64,000 bases of DNA, taken from Escherichia coli. GTDB lineage: Bacteria; Pseudomonadota; Gammaproteobacteria; Enterobacterales; Enterobacteriaceae. The stretch's first letter is position 1, and each line of letters starts with the position of its first letter. Shown in pieces: positions 44,165 through 56,925 of this stretch. A program made the translations under genes and the position numbers. The notes under the pieces are model-generated. The model did not search any database. It had not been told where the DNA came from and saw only the letters and a list, made by a program, of their open reading frames with translations. Location of the stretch: the NCBI RefSeq assembly GCF_017348835.2, contig NZ_CP071375.1. The stretch is one strand, 5' to 3'.

Positions 44165-44944
44165 CTACACCGTAATTAATTTTACCCGTGTCTTCTGCAA
44201 TGCCAGTTTATCCACCTCTGACACGGCATCATCGGTAATAATAATGTCAATTTTTTCGATTGGCAGTACCTGATTAAAACCGCGACGATTAAATTTCGAT
44301 GAATCGAGAACGGCAATCACTTTATTTGCGGCGGTGACCATCGCCCCGCTAATCGAATAACCTTCATTAAAGGTCGTAATACCATTAACCGCATCAATAC
44401 CATCAGCACCGACAAACATTAAATCGGCATTAATATCCTGCAATGAACGCTCGGCAATGGAACCATGCATCGAGCGCGTTTTATGGCGGACCGTGCCACC
44501 ACAGACGACCAGAGTAATGTCTTTATTTTCGGAAAGGGCAAACGCTGCCGGGAGACTGTTGGTAATCACCGTGATATTTTTGGCGGTCATTAATCCTTCG
44601 GCGATAAGCATTGTCGTACTTCCGCTGTCGAGAATAACGGTCATCCCTTCGTGGATCATTTTGACTGCCGCCTGCGCTATTCTGTTTTTTGGCGCGCTGG
44701 CGAGCTGAAATCGCTCTTTAAACCCGACTTCCTGGGTCTCGGTTTCACTATTACCGGACATTATTTTCGCCGCACCGCCATGAAAGCGCGTAACCACGCC
44801 TTTTTGTTCGAGAAAGCGCAAATCGGCACGGATTGTCGCTTCCGAGGCAGCAAATACTCCCGCCAGATCCTGAACAAGCACGGTTCCCTGTTCATTCACT
44901 AATTGGATGATCTTATTCCTTCGCTCGAATGAATTCATCGTCAT
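44165..44944 (-). CDS. gatR: DeoR-family galactitol operon repressor GatR (apparently intact)
   Basis: 259-aa uninterrupted ORF MTMNSFERRNKIIQLVNEQGTVLVQDLAGVFAASEATIRADLRFLEQKG…; no IS element interrupts it. Confidence 0.88.
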   Translation of the reverse strand: MTMNSFERRNKIIQLVNEQGTVLVQDLAGVFAASEATIRADLRFLEQKGVVTRFHGGAAKIMSGNSETETQEVGFKERFQLASAPKNRIAQAAVKMIHEGMTVILDSGSTTMLIAEGLMTAKNITVITNSLPAAFALSENKDITLVVCGGTVRHKTRSMHGSIAERSLQDINADLMFVGADGIDAVNGITTFNEGYSISGAMVTAANKVIAVLDSSKFNRRGFNQVLPIEKIDIIITDDAVSEVDKLALQKTRVKLITV

Positions 44945-45043
44945 TTACCCATATTCAATTGTGGCTAGTGTAAACGAAGGGGGACCATTGGTGAATGATC
45001 TGTTTTGCACAATACCGGGCCAGCATCACGCTGGCCCGCGGTT

Positions 45044-46084
45044 TCAGGGAATGAGCAACACTTTGCCCGGCATAGCATTACGAGCGATGTCACGCACCGC
45101 CTGGGCGAAGCATTCAAAGCTTCCACGGTGAGCGATTAATGGCTCCAGGCTTAACTTACGTTCTGTCAGCAACCGGCTCGCCGTTTCCCACTCCTGCCCC
45201 GGCCAAGGGCTGGAGTAGTTCATCCAACTGCCGATAACCGTCAGCTCTTTACGCAATATTTTGCCAAACGTTGCCGATGTTAAATGCAGATCCTGATGCA
45301 ACGTCCCCACCAGCGCCAGTTGGGCATGAGGACCGGCAATCTCTACCGCCAGTTCCACAGTTTGCGGTACGCCAGCCGTCTCGAGGATAAGCTGATTAAA
45401 GCGCAGCTCGCGTAAAACGCCCTGCATTTGCGGCGCGCTCATTTCGCTACTGTTAAATGTTTGCATCGCACCGAAAGATTTTGCCAGTGCCAGTTTTTCT
45501 GAGCTAATGTCGATCGCCGTCACACTCTTTGCTCCCAGCGCGACAGCGCACTGAATAGCCAGCAGACCAATGGTTCCGGCACCAATAATAATAACGTTTT
45601 TATTCTCACAACCTTGCGCTAAATGAAAAGCATGCAGGCCAACGGTAATCGGTTCAATAAAAGCCCCATCCTCAATAGGCATATCCGTGGGTAGAGCAAA
45701 GACATTTTTCCGCTTAACGACAATATATTCGGCAAATCCACCATCACGCCGTGAGCCAATAAAATCATATTTTGCGCACTGGGAATAAAACCCTTTCAGA
45801 CACTCTGGACAAGTAAAACAAGGTAATAACGGCACACAGGCAACCGCATCGCCAGGGTGTAAATCATCAACACCGGATCCCACCACATCAATATAGCCGC
45901 TAAATTCATGGCCTAACGTTATTGGATAATAATGTGCACCATTTTTAAATATCCTGGGTAAATCGGAACCACATAAGCCCGAGCTGGCAATTTTTACCCG
46001 CACCTCATCCTGATGTTTAATTTCAGGAATGACGCTTTCTGCAACGCGCACGATACCATCAGTATCATTCACCACTGATTTCAT
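45044..46084 (-). CDS. gatD: Galactitol-1-phosphate 5-dehydrogenase
   Basis: 346-aa ORF, Zn-dependent MDR alcohol dehydrogenase motifs. Confidence 0.93.
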   Translation of the reverse strand: MKSVVNDTDGIVRVAESVIPEIKHQDEVRVKIASSGLCGSDLPRIFKNGAHYYPITLGHEFSGYIDVVGSGVDDLHPGDAVACVPLLPCFTCPECLKGFYSQCAKYDFIGSRRDGGFAEYIVVKRKNVFALPTDMPIEDGAFIEPITVGLHAFHLAQGCENKNVIIIGAGTIGLLAIQCAVALGAKSVTAIDISSEKLALAKSFGAMQTFNSSEMSAPQMQGVLRELRFNQLILETAGVPQTVELAVEIAGPHAQLALVGTLHQDLHLTSATFGKILRKELTVIGSWMNYSSPWPGQEWETASRLLTERKLSLEPLIAHRGSFECFAQAVRDIARNAMPGKVLLIP

Positions 46085-46131
46085 AAAAACTCCTGATTGT
46101 TAAGGGGGATAACCTCCCCCTCAGGTAAAAA

Positions 46132-47487
46132 TTATTCTGCGAGAACGGTTTTCTCTTGTTTAATAAAACCACGCGCTCTACGCCAGGTCATGAAAATACC
46201 GGTCAGATAAATTGCGCCGATAATAATGAAACCGGGAATATTTTGCGGGGAGAAAACCTGAATCAGTAACCAGGTAATGGGAGAACCGCCCTGATCCATT
46301 GAAGCCACCATACCCCCGGCTTTTAACGCCCCAGCATTAGCCGCCAGTTGGGTGTGCAAACCAATAGTTTGCGTCGCGATCCACAGGGTGATGCTCATAA
46401 TGATGACACCCGAGATTAAGGTGCGGAACAGATTTCCACGATGCACCGCGACCGCCATCGCCACGAAGAAGCCGATAGTGGCAAGATCGCCAAACGGCAG
46501 CACCTGATTACCCGGCACACAAACAGCAATTAAAATGGTGAGCGGGATAAAAATCAGGCTTGCCGATACCACCGCCGTATGCCCCAGCAGTAATGCGGGA
46601 TCCAGGCCAATCAGGAACTCCTGACCGCCGAACTTCGCCTGTAAACGACTACGGGCCTGCTTAGCGATGGGCGTTAAACCATCCATGATGGGTTTAATCA
46701 CCCGTGGCATTAGCAGCATCACCGCCGCCGTTTTTACCGCCAGCTGCAATACACCTTTGACATCGTAACCCGCGAGGATGCCGATAATCAGCCCCATCAC
46801 AAAACCCACGGTGACAGGCTCGCCAAAAGGGCCAAATTTGCGCTGAATATCATCGGCGCTAAATTTAATTCGGTTAACGCCTGGGATTTTCTCGATAATG
46901 GCATCGACCAGCACCGCAATCGGCCCCATATACGCCGACGTACCGTGCGGAATAGCAATGCCTTCCAGCTCAAAGAAATTTCGGGTATCGCGGGCAAACC
47001 AGTCGCCGAGCTTATAAACAAACGCCGCGTGAATTACCACACCCGCCATCCCTATCATCCATGAACCGGTTGCCAGGTGCAGCAACGCGCCGGTGAAGGT
47101 CATATGCCAGATATTCCAGATATCAACATTTACCACCCGCGTCATACGGGTCAGTAACATCGCCACGTTAACCAGAATCGCAATCGGAATCGCCACCAGC
47201 GCAATTTGCGACGCCCAGGTCATTGGTGAAGAGCCCGGCCAGCCAACATCGACCACATGCAGATTCAGGTCGAAATTTTCCGCCATCGCTTTCGCCGCCG
47301 GACCAATGGAATCCAGCATTAAGCCAATCACAAGGCCAATGCCAACAAAGCCAATCCCGATATGCAGACCCGCTTTAAAGCAATCGCCTGCCTTCATGCC
47401 TAATATTTTAGAAAAAATAATGATGACAATCGGCAGCATCACCGTAGGGCCGAGATCGAGAATATAACGCATGACTTCTGAAAACAT
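46132..47487 (-). CDS. gatC: PTS galactitol-specific EIIC
   Basis: 451-aa polytopic membrane ORF MFSEVMRYILDLGPTVMLPIVIII…. Confidence 0.93.
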   Translation of the reverse strand: MFSEVMRYILDLGPTVMLPIVIIIFSKILGMKAGDCFKAGLHIGIGFVGIGLVIGLMLDSIGPAAKAMAENFDLNLHVVDVGWPGSSPMTWASQIALVAIPIAILVNVAMLLTRMTRVVNVDIWNIWHMTFTGALLHLATGSWMIGMAGVVIHAAFVYKLGDWFARDTRNFFELEGIAIPHGTSAYMGPIAVLVDAIIEKIPGVNRIKFSADDIQRKFGPFGEPVTVGFVMGLIIGILAGYDVKGVLQLAVKTAAVMLLMPRVIKPIMDGLTPIAKQARSRLQAKFGGQEFLIGLDPALLLGHTAVVSASLIFIPLTILIAVCVPGNQVLPFGDLATIGFFVAMAVAVHRGNLFRTLISGVIIMSITLWIATQTIGLHTQLAANAGALKAGGMVASMDQGGSPITWLLIQVFSPQNIPGFIIIGAIYLTGIFMTWRRARGFIKQEKTVLAE

Positions 47488-47490
47488 AGG

Positions 47491-47775
47491 TCACCCCTGT
47501 AAGATAGTCAGAATTTTATTTTGTAATGCTTCGATACCGACACCAGAAACAAAAGGCATGCCGTGAACTAACGGAATATCGCCAAAACTACGATCCACCC
47601 TGGCAGTGGTACATATCAAATGCACACCATCCATATAGGTTTCTATTTCATTAACCCGACACTGGATTAATTCAACAGGAATATTATGACTCTGACACAA
47701 CTCTTTAATTTCTTCCGCCGCCATCGTAGAGGTCGCAACCGCGCCTCCGCAAGCGACAATAATCTTGCGTTTCAT
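47491..47775 (-). CDS. gatB: PTS galactitol-specific EIIB
   Basis: 94-aa [30 protein letters not shown]…. Confidence 0.93.
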
Positions 47776-47805
47776 AAATAGTCCTTTTTATTGTTACAGA
47801 GGGAT

Positions 47806-48258
47806 TTATTCGTCTGAATCTAAAACATACTTTGTGAAGTATTCCTTTAACTGGGTTTCAGGAAGAGTGATTAGTGTCTCGACGATATCGGGCTGTTGTA
47901 ACTTGCCAAATAAACAGCGTAAAAGTTTCAATTGCTGCTGCGGATTTTCCACAATCAACGCAATAACCAACGATACCGCCACGTCGTTATCATCATCCGC
48001 TTGCTGAAAATGAACTTTATTTGTTGGCCTTAACAGATAAATGGCTGACGACTTAGCATGAATCGCCTCACAATGCGGTATTGCAATGGCGTGCTGCTCA
48101 AGCATTATCCCGGTAGGGAATTCTGCTTCTCTGGCAATTAATGCCTGTGGCCAGGTATCATGAACCACACCTTTCGCGAGCATCTCATTACCGATATGGG
48201 TTAAAACTTCGCTACGATCGACAAAAGAAATTCCGCTACGAACAAACAGGTTAGTCAT
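47806..48258 (-). CDS. gatA: PTS galactitol-specific EIIA
   Basis: 150-aa ORF MTNLFVRSGISFVDRSEVLTHIGNEMLAKG…. Confidence 0.93.
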   Translation of the reverse strand: MTNLFVRSGISFVDRSEVLTHIGNEMLAKGVVHDTWPQALIAREAEFPTGIMLEQHAIAIPHCEAIHAKSSAIYLLRPTNKVHFQQADDDNDVAVSLVIALIVENPQQQLKLLRCLFGKLQQPDIVETLITLPETQLKEYFTKYVLDSDE

Positions 48259-48267
48259 ATACCGTCC

Positions 48268-49530
<1,263 letters not shown>

Positions 49531-49531
49531 A

Positions 49532-50467
<936 letters not shown>

Positions 50468-50572
50468 TTAAATGTCGAGATAACGATCACAAAAACGACA
50501 ATATGAAAAATTGTTCGAGGAGTGAAAGGCAAAAAAAACGGCCTCCCGATAGGGAAGCCGTAGCAAAGTGCG

Positions 50573-50712
50573 CGTTATTTTATGCCGGATGCAGTGTAAA
50601 CATACGTGGCAGCGCTGTGTAGGCATGATAAGACGCTTCAGCGTCGCATCAGGCATAGGTTGCCGGATGCAGCGTAAACGCCTTATCCGTCCTACGGGGT
50701 GGTGTTGTTCGT
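50573..50712. repeat. REP/BIME cluster between gatY and fbaB
   Basis: gccggatgcagtgtaaacatacg…gataagacgcttcagcgtcgcatcaggc…gccggatgcagcgtaaacgccttatccgtcctacg, multiple inverted REP units. Confidence 0.7.
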
Positions 50713-50722
50713 ATAAGGCGTA

Positions 50723-51775
50723 TCAGGCGATAGTAATTTTGCTATCGAGATAAACGTCCTGCACGGCGTTAATCAGTTTCACGCCGTCAGCCATCGATTT
50801 CTTGAACGCCTTACGTCCAAGAATCAGCCCCATTCCGCCAGCGCGTTTGTTGATAACCGCAGTACGCACTGCATCGCTGAGGTCAGTTTCACCGCCTGCA
50901 GCACCGCCGGAGTTTATCAACCCGGCCCGGCCCATATAGCAGTTAGCTAACTGATAACGCACCAGATCAATCGGGTTTTCGCTGGTCAACTTGCTGTACA
51001 CGCGATCGTCTGTATAACCGTAATTAACCGCTTTATAGCCGCCGTTATTTTCCGCCATTTTTTGTTTGACGATATCTGCACCTATGGTTGCCGCCAGATG
51101 GTTCGCCTGACCAGTCAGGTCGGCGGAGACATGGTAATCAACGCCATCTTTCTTAAAGGCGGAGTTACGCAAATAGGCCCACAGCACTGTCACCATGCCC
51201 AGCTCGTGCGCACGTTCAAAAGCCGCAGAAATTTCTTCAATCTGGCGACGTGACTCTTCCGAGCCAAAATAGATAGTCGCACCAACCGCCACCGCGCCCA
51301 TGTTGAACGCCTGCTCCACGCTGGCATACAGCGTTTGATCGTAGGTATTCGGGTAACTTAGCGTCTCGTTGTGATTAAGTTTGACGAGAAATGGAATGCG
51401 ATGCGCATAGCGCCGCGATACCGACGCCAACACGCCGTAAGTTGATGCCACACAGTTACAGCCCGCTTCGATCGCCAGTTCAACAATGTTTTTCGGGTCA
51501 AAGTAGAGCGGGTTAGCAGCAAATGAAGCTCCGGCAGAGTGCTCAACGCCCTGGTCAACCGGCAGAATAGAAAGATATCCTGTGCCAGCCAGACGCCCGG
51601 TGTTGTACAACGTCTGCATATTACGTAACACCGCTGGCGGGCGATTATTGTCAATCATCACGCGGTCTACGTAGTCATGTCCGGGGAGATAAAGCTGGTC
51701 AGAAGGAATAGTCATACAACGGTGCTGTAAAAGGTTGTCGGCGTCTTTGCCAAGCAACTGCGCAATATCTGTCAT
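50723..51775 (-). CDS. fbaB: Fructose-bisphosphate aldolase class I
   Basis: ORF track 374 aa; ATG at 51773-51775 gives the 350-aa product [32 protein letters not shown]…. Confidence 0.92.
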   Translation of the reverse strand: MTDIAQLLGKDADNLLQHRCMTIPSDQLYLPGHDYVDRVMIDNNRPPAVLRNMQTLYNTGRLAGTGYLSILPVDQGVEHSAGASFAANPLYFDPKNIVELAIEAGCNCVASTYGVLASVSRRYAHRIPFLVKLNHNETLSYPNTYDQTLYASVEQAFNMGAVAVGATIYFGSEESRRQIEEISAAFERAHELGMVTVLWAYLRNSAFKKDGVDYHVSADLTGQANHLAATIGADIVKQKMAENNGGYKAVNYGYTDDRVYSKLTSENPIDLVRYQLANCYMGRAGLINSGGAAGGETDLSDAVRTAVINKRAGGMGLILGRKAFKKSMADGVKLINAVQDVYLDSKITIA

Positions 51776-52031
51776 TACTATGCTCCCGTAAATTCCGATT
51801 GGATATCGGCTATGGATTGTCCTGGCCCGCCTTTTGCGGGCAATCATAATCCTGGTCGTTACGGGCGAGTTTTTCCATCTTTTGGATGTTTTTTCAGCGT
51901 TTTCTGTTGGCTCGATTCATCAGAAAAAATGTTAGCGCGGTCAAGTTTTCACCGCAAAGGTATTTAAAAGGTATTATTAAGTGGTATTGTCATCGCGTAC
52001 CTTACATTACCTGTCATGAAGGAATTAAAAG

Positions 52032-53309
52032 ATGAAAACAACAGCAAAGCTGTCGTTCATGATGTTTGTTGAATGGTTTATCTGGGGCGCGTGGTTTGTG
52101 CCATTGTGGTTGTGGTTAAGTAAAAGCGGTTTTAGTGCCGGAGAAATTGGCTGGTCCTATGCCTGTACCGCCATTGCGGCGATCCTGTCGCCAATTCTGG
52201 TTGGCTCCATCACTGACCGCTTTTTCTCGGCGCAAAAAGTGCTGGCGGTATTGATGTTCGCAGGCGCGCTGCTGATGTATTTCGCTGCGCAACAGACCAC
52301 TTTTGCCGGGTTCTTCCCGTTACTGCTGGCCTACTCGCTAACCTATATGCCGACCATTGCGCTGACTAACAGTATCGCTTTTGCCAACGTGCCGGATGTG
52401 GAGCGTGATTTCCCGCGCATTCGTGTGATGGGCACTATCGGTTGGATTGCCTCCGGTCTGGCATGTGGATTCTTGCCGCAAATGCTGGGGTATGCCGATA
52501 TCTCACCAACCAATATTCCATTACTGATTACCGCCGGAAGTTCTGCTCTACTCGGTGTGTTTGCGTTTTTCCTGCCCGACACGCCGCCAAAAAGCACCGG
52601 CAAAATGGATATTAAAGTCATGCTCGGCCTGGATGCGCTGATCCTGCTGCGCGATAAAAACTTCCTCGTTTTTTTCTTCTGTTCATTCCTGTTTGCGATG
52701 CCGTTGGCGTTCTATTACATCTTTGCCAATGGTTATCTGACCGAAGTCGGGATGAAAAACGCCACCGGCTGGATGACGCTCGGCCAGTTCTCTGAAATCT
52801 TCTTTATGCTCGCATTACCGTTTTTCACCAAACGCTTTGGTATCAAAAAGGTATTATTGCTTGGTCTGGTCACCGCTGCGATCCGCTATGGCTTCTTTAT
52901 TTACGGTAGTGCGGATGAATATTTCACCTACGCGTTACTGTTCCTCGGTATTTTGCTTCACGGCGTAAGTTACGATTTTTACTACGTTACCGCTTACATC
53001 TATGTCGATAAAAAAGCCCCCGTGCATATGCGTACCGCTGCGCAGGGGCTGATCACGCTCTGCTGCCAGGGCTTCGGCAGTTTGCTCGGCTATCGTCTTG
53101 GCGGTGTGATGATGGAAAAGATGTTCGCTTATCAGGAACCGGTAAACGGACTGACTTTCAACTGGTCCGGGATGTGGACTTTTGGCGCGGTGATGATTGC
53201 CATTATCGCCGTGCTGTTCATGATCTTTTTCCGCGAATCCGACAACGAAATTACGGCTATCAAGGTCGATGATCGCGATATTGCGTTGACACAAGGGGAA
53301 GTTAAATGA
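52032..53309 (+). CDS. yegT: Nucleoside permease-like MFS transporter YegT (NupG/XapB family)
   Basis: 425-aa polytopic ORF MKTTAKLSFMMFVEWFIWGAWFVPLWLWL…. Confidence 0.88.
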   Translation: MKTTAKLSFMMFVEWFIWGAWFVPLWLWLSKSGFSAGEIGWSYACTAIAAILSPILVGSITDRFFSAQKVLAVLMFAGALLMYFAAQQTTFAGFFPLLLAYSLTYMPTIALTNSIAFANVPDVERDFPRIRVMGTIGWIASGLACGFLPQMLGYADISPTNIPLLITAGSSALLGVFAFFLPDTPPKSTGKMDIKVMLGLDALILLRDKNFLVFFFCSFLFAMPLAFYYIFANGYLTEVGMKNATGWMTLGQFSEIFFMLALPFFTKRFGIKKVLLLGLVTAAIRYGFFIYGSADEYFTYALLFLGILLHGVSYDFYYVTAYIYVDKKAPVHMRTAAQGLITLCCQGFGSLLGYRLGGVMMEKMFAYQEPVNGLTFNWSGMWTFGAVMIAIIAVLFMIFFRESDNEITAIKVDDRDIALTQGEVK

Positions 53310-54310
53310 AAACAGAACGTATTCTCGGTGCTCTTTATGGGCAGGCGTTAGGGGATGCGATGGGGATGCCCTCCGAGCTTTGGCCACGCAGCCGCGTTAA
53401 AGCATACTTTGGCTGGATTGACCGTTTTCTGCCTGGACCAAAGGAGAATAACGCGGCCTGTTATTTTAACCGCGCCGAATTCACCGACGATACCTCGATG
53501 GCGCTGTGTCTGGCGGATGCGTTGCTGGAACGTGAAGGCAAGATCGATCCGGATCTGATTGGGCGTAATATCCTCGACTGGGCGCTGCGTTTCGACGCCT
53601 TCAACAAAAACGTGCTAGGTCCGACCTCGAAGATTGCGCTTAACGCCATTCGCGACGGTAAACCCGTTGCTGAACTGGATAACAACGGCGTGACCAACGG
53701 CGCAGCGATGCGCGTCTCGCCATTAGGTTGTTTGCTTCCGGCGCGTGATGTTGATTCCTTTATTGATGATGTGGCGCTGGCGTCCAGCCCGACCCATAAA
53801 TCCGATCTGGCGGTTGCAGGTGCGGTAGTCATCGCATGGGCGATTTCTCGTGCCATTGACGGAGAAAGCTGGTCAGCAATTGTTGATTCACTGCCTTCAA
53901 TTGCGCGACATGCACAGCAAAAACGCATCACTACCTTCAGCGCCTCACTGGCGGCGCGGCTGGAGATTGCGCTGAAAATTGTGCGCAATGCAGACGGCAC
54001 TGAATCCGCCAGCGAACAGCTTTACCAGGTCGTTGGCGCAGGTACCAGCACTATTGAGTCCGTTCCGTGCGCCATTGCGCTGGTTGAACTGGCACAAACC
54101 GACCCGAACCGTTGCGCCGTCCTCTGCGCTAACCTTGGCGGCGATACAGACACCATCGGTGCTATGGCGACGGCAATCTGCGGCGCGTTGCATGGCATTA
54201 ACGCTATCGATCCTGCGTTAAAGGCGGAACTGGATGCGGTAAATCAGCTTGATTTCAACCGCTATGCCACAGCGCTGGCGAAGTATCGTCAACAACGGGA
54301 GGCGGCATGA
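53306..54310 (+). CDS. yegU: ADP-ribosylglycohydrolase-family protein YegU
   Basis: 334-aa ORF MKTERILGALYGQALGDAMGMPSELW…, ARH family N-terminal signature; 4-nt overlap with yegT. Confidence 0.85.
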   Translation: MKTERILGALYGQALGDAMGMPSELWPRSRVKAYFGWIDRFLPGPKENNAACYFNRAEFTDDTSMALCLADALLEREGKIDPDLIGRNILDWALRFDAFNKNVLGPTSKIALNAIRDGKPVAELDNNGVTNGAAMRVSPLGCLLPARDVDSFIDDVALASSPTHKSDLAVAGAVVIAWAISRAIDGESWSAIVDSLPSIARHAQQKRITTFSASLAARLEIALKIVRNADGTESASEQLYQVVGAGTSTIESVPCAIALVELAQTDPNRCAVLCANLGGDTDTIGAMATAICGALHGINAIDPALKAELDAVNQLDFNRYATALAKYRQQREAA

Positions 54311-55272
54311 GCGGCGCTCGATTACACACGCTGCTGCCTGAATTAACCACGCGTCAGCCGGTTATGGTGATTGGCGCGGCAGTCATTGATGTGATCGCCG
54401 ACGCTTATGCCCTCCCCTGGCGTGGGTGCGATATCGAACTGAAACAGCAGAGCGTTAACGTTGGCGGCTGCGCACTGAATATTGCCGTGGCGTTAAAGCG
54501 CCTCGGCATCGAAGCGGGTAAAGCCTTGCCGCTCGGTCAGGGCGTGTGGGCGGAGATTATTCGCAACCGGATGGCAAAAGAGGGCTTAATCAGCCTGATC
54601 GATAACGCCGAAGGTGATAACGGCTGGTGTCTGGCGCTGGTTGAGCCGGATGGCGAACGCACTTTTATGTCATTCAGCGGTGTGGAAAATCAGTGGAATC
54701 GCCAGTGGCTGGCGCGATTAACCGTTGCGCCTGGCAGCCTGCTCTATTTTTCCGGTTATCAACTGGCCTCGCCCTGCGGCGAATTGTTAGTGGAATGGCT
54801 GGAAAAGCTGCAAGACGTGACGCCGTTTATCGATTTTGGCCCACGTATTGGCGATATCCCGGACGCATTACTGGCGCGGATCATGGCCTGTCGACCTTTA
54901 GTGTCACTCAATCGTCAAGAGGCTGAGATTGCCGCCGAACGTTTTGCTTTATCCGCAGAGATAACAACACTTGGCAAGCAATGGCAGGAGAAATTTGCCG
55001 CGCCGTTGATCGTTCGTCTCGATAAAGAAGGCGCATGGTATTTCAGCAACGACGCTTCTGGCTGCATTCCGGCATATCCAAGGCAAGTTGTAGATACCAT
55101 TGGGGCGGGCGACAGTCATGCAGGTGGCGTACTTGCCGGGCTGGCTTCTGGTCTGCCACTGGCGGATGCCGTATTACTGGGCAATGCAGTGGCGTCGTGG
55201 GTTGTCGGGCATCGGGGCGGTGATTGTGCGCCAACGCGCGAGGAACTACTCCTCGCACACAAAAACGTATAG
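54307..55272 (+). CDS. yegV: PfkB-family sugar/nucleoside kinase YegV
   Basis: 321-aa ORF with PfkB C-terminal signature (DTIGAGDSHAGG); 4-nt overlap with yegU. Confidence 0.85.
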   Translation: MSGARLHTLLPELTTRQPVMVIGAAVIDVIADAYALPWRGCDIELKQQSVNVGGCALNIAVALKRLGIEAGKALPLGQGVWAEIIRNRMAKEGLISLIDNAEGDNGWCLALVEPDGERTFMSFSGVENQWNRQWLARLTVAPGSLLYFSGYQLASPCGELLVEWLEKLQDVTPFIDFGPRIGDIPDALLARIMACRPLVSLNRQEAEIAAERFALSAEITTLGKQWQEKFAAPLIVRLDKEGAWYFSNDASGCIPAYPRQVVDTIGAGDSHAGGVLAGLASGLPLADAVLLGNAVASWVVGHRGGDCAPTREELLLAHKNV

Positions 55273-55992
55273 ATCGCTGCGACAGTGGCTAATGCTGTAC
55301 TCAATAGGCCGTTGCTGTTGGTCAAGCGCCACTTGCTTGATCACCAGCACCGGTATTTTGCTATCTAACTGAATATGTGACTGAAACTCGGCATCCGGCA
55401 TCCGGGCGCTAACGCGGGAACGCGTACGTTGTGGGTAAATGTGCTGGCTGCGGAAATAGTCATAAAGAGAAATTCCGATGGCATCAACATCATGAATTAA
55501 ATGCGCCGGAACCCACGATTCCTCAATCGATACCGCTTCTTCATCGACATAGCGAATACGCTTAAGCAAAAAGACATCACTTCCCGCTTCGACCGCCAGC
55601 TGCTGCGCGACTTCTTCGGGACATTTCACGACACGCTTGTTAACCCATAGCGTATCGGGCTTTTTCCCGCGCAATACCACCTGCTGAGAAAAACCTCGCG
55701 CTTCTTTCAACGAGTATTCGAAGATGTTGTTGATCTGCGTGCCGTAACCACGCGAACGCGTCACCACGCCCTCTTCTTCCAGCGCCTGCATCGCCTTGCG
55801 CACCGTAATGCGCGAAACGCCGGTTAACTGACTTAAATCACGCTCACCGGGCAAAATATTGCCATGCTCCAGCACCCCGCTGCGCACGGCATTTTTTACC
55901 GTTTCGGCAAACTTAATATAAAGCGGCGTGTTATCCGCCGCTAAAATACGCTCGTTCAGTTGGGCAATCAGCTGGGTATGCGCTTGTTCCAT
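55246..55992 (-). CDS. yegW: GntR-family (HutC subfamily) transcriptional regulator YegW
   Basis: 248-aa ORF; N-terminal winged HTH (LPGERDLSQLTGVSRITVRKAMQALEEEG) plus UTRA-like C-terminal domain. Confidence 0.85.
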   Translation of the reverse strand: MEQAHTQLIAQLNERILAADNTPLYIKFAETVKNAVRSGVLEHGNILPGERDLSQLTGVSRITVRKAMQALEEEGVVTRSRGYGTQINNIFEYSLKEARGFSQQVVLRGKKPDTLWVNKRVVKCPEEVAQQLAVEAGSDVFLLKRIRYVDEEAVSIEESWVPAHLIHDVDAIGISLYDYFRSQHIYPQRTRSRVSARMPDAEFQSHIQLDSKIPVLVIKQVALDQQQRPIEYSISHCRSDLYVFVCEE

Positions 55993-56039
55993 TTGTCTTT
56001 TTCCTGCCAGGGAGTCTGGTGGGAGTATATCACTGCTTC

Positions 56040-56870
56040 TTATTTAAGGCGTTTCTTTATCCCCTCAACGAATGCCTGCAACTCCTCCACCGTGCCATTA
56101 AATACATTAAAATCCACCGGACCATTGATGCCATCTACCTGTCCACGGTCGGAATGCTGCCAGAAGCGCCAGGCCATGCCGTCATTGTCCGGACGACGTT
56201 GATAGTAGTGCGCCACCCACCACGGATATTCATTGAAATAGCCCGCCAGATTGGTGTGATAAAAAACGGCTCCTGAGTAAATAATCGGCTTTTTTCCCGT
56301 ACTTTTTTCGACCATTTTTAGCCACTGACTTACCCGCTTGCGTAATTCTTTTGCCGATAATTTTCCCCGCTCTTCTACGTCCAGTACCGCAGGGAAATCG
56401 CCTTGTGAGAAATCCACCGTTTGCAGAAATAATCGCGCCTGAACCGGCGCTGCTACCGACGGGGAGAAATAATGATACGCCCCGCGCAGCAGGCCATTTT
56501 CGCGGCTTAGTTGCCAGTTACGCGAAAAATACGGGTCCACCAGCTTTTCGCCTTCCGTCGCCTTAATAAAAGCAAACTGTAAGCGGATACCGTTGTCGCG
56601 CATTTTTGCCACCCGCTGCCAGTCGATCCGCTCCTGCCAGCGCGAAACATCTATTCCGTGAATGGTGTAACTGGCAGGAATGCGAATAGCGAAAGATTTA
56701 ACCGGGCGATAACCGTAGAAGTGGATGTAGTCTTTAATCTGAATTGCTGTCGAATAGAAAAAATTCACCGTCTGACGCGGATAAATTGCAACGATGGAAA
56801 TTAGCCCAAGAGCGCATAATAGAGCGGTGAGTTTTTTTCGACTGGTAATGCTTAGCTGCATTGGTTTCAT
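56040..56870 (-). CDS. yegX: Glycoside hydrolase family 25 (lysozyme-like) protein YegX
   Basis: 276-aa ORF with signal/anchor sequence and GH25-like motif (GIDVSRWQERIDW); true start may be a few codons downstream. Confidence 0.8.
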   Translation of the reverse strand: MKPMQLSITSRKKLTALLCALGLISIVAIYPRQTVNFFYSTAIQIKDYIHFYGYRPVKSFAIRIPASYTIHGIDVSRWQERIDWQRVAKMRDNGIRLQFAFIKATEGEKLVDPYFSRNWQLSRENGLLRGAYHYFSPSVAAPVQARLFLQTVDFSQGDFPAVLDVEERGKLSAKELRKRVSQWLKMVEKSTGKKPIIYSGAVFYHTNLAGYFNEYPWWVAHYYQRRPDNDGMAWRFWQHSDRGQVDGINGPVDFNVFNGTVEELQAFVEGIKKRLK

Positions 56871-56925
56871 CCCTGAATGTCAGTGCCAAAGGCTGACAAT
56901 AACCAAAGCAGCTATAGTACGGTGC

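Noticed and set aside
44945-45043. GC-rich hairpin (gggccagcatcacgctggccc) between gatD and gatR
   Set aside because: It is not followed by a U-tract on the strand (minus) on which both flanking genes are transcribed, so it is not convincingly a terminator; it could be a REP fragment or an operator, unresolved.
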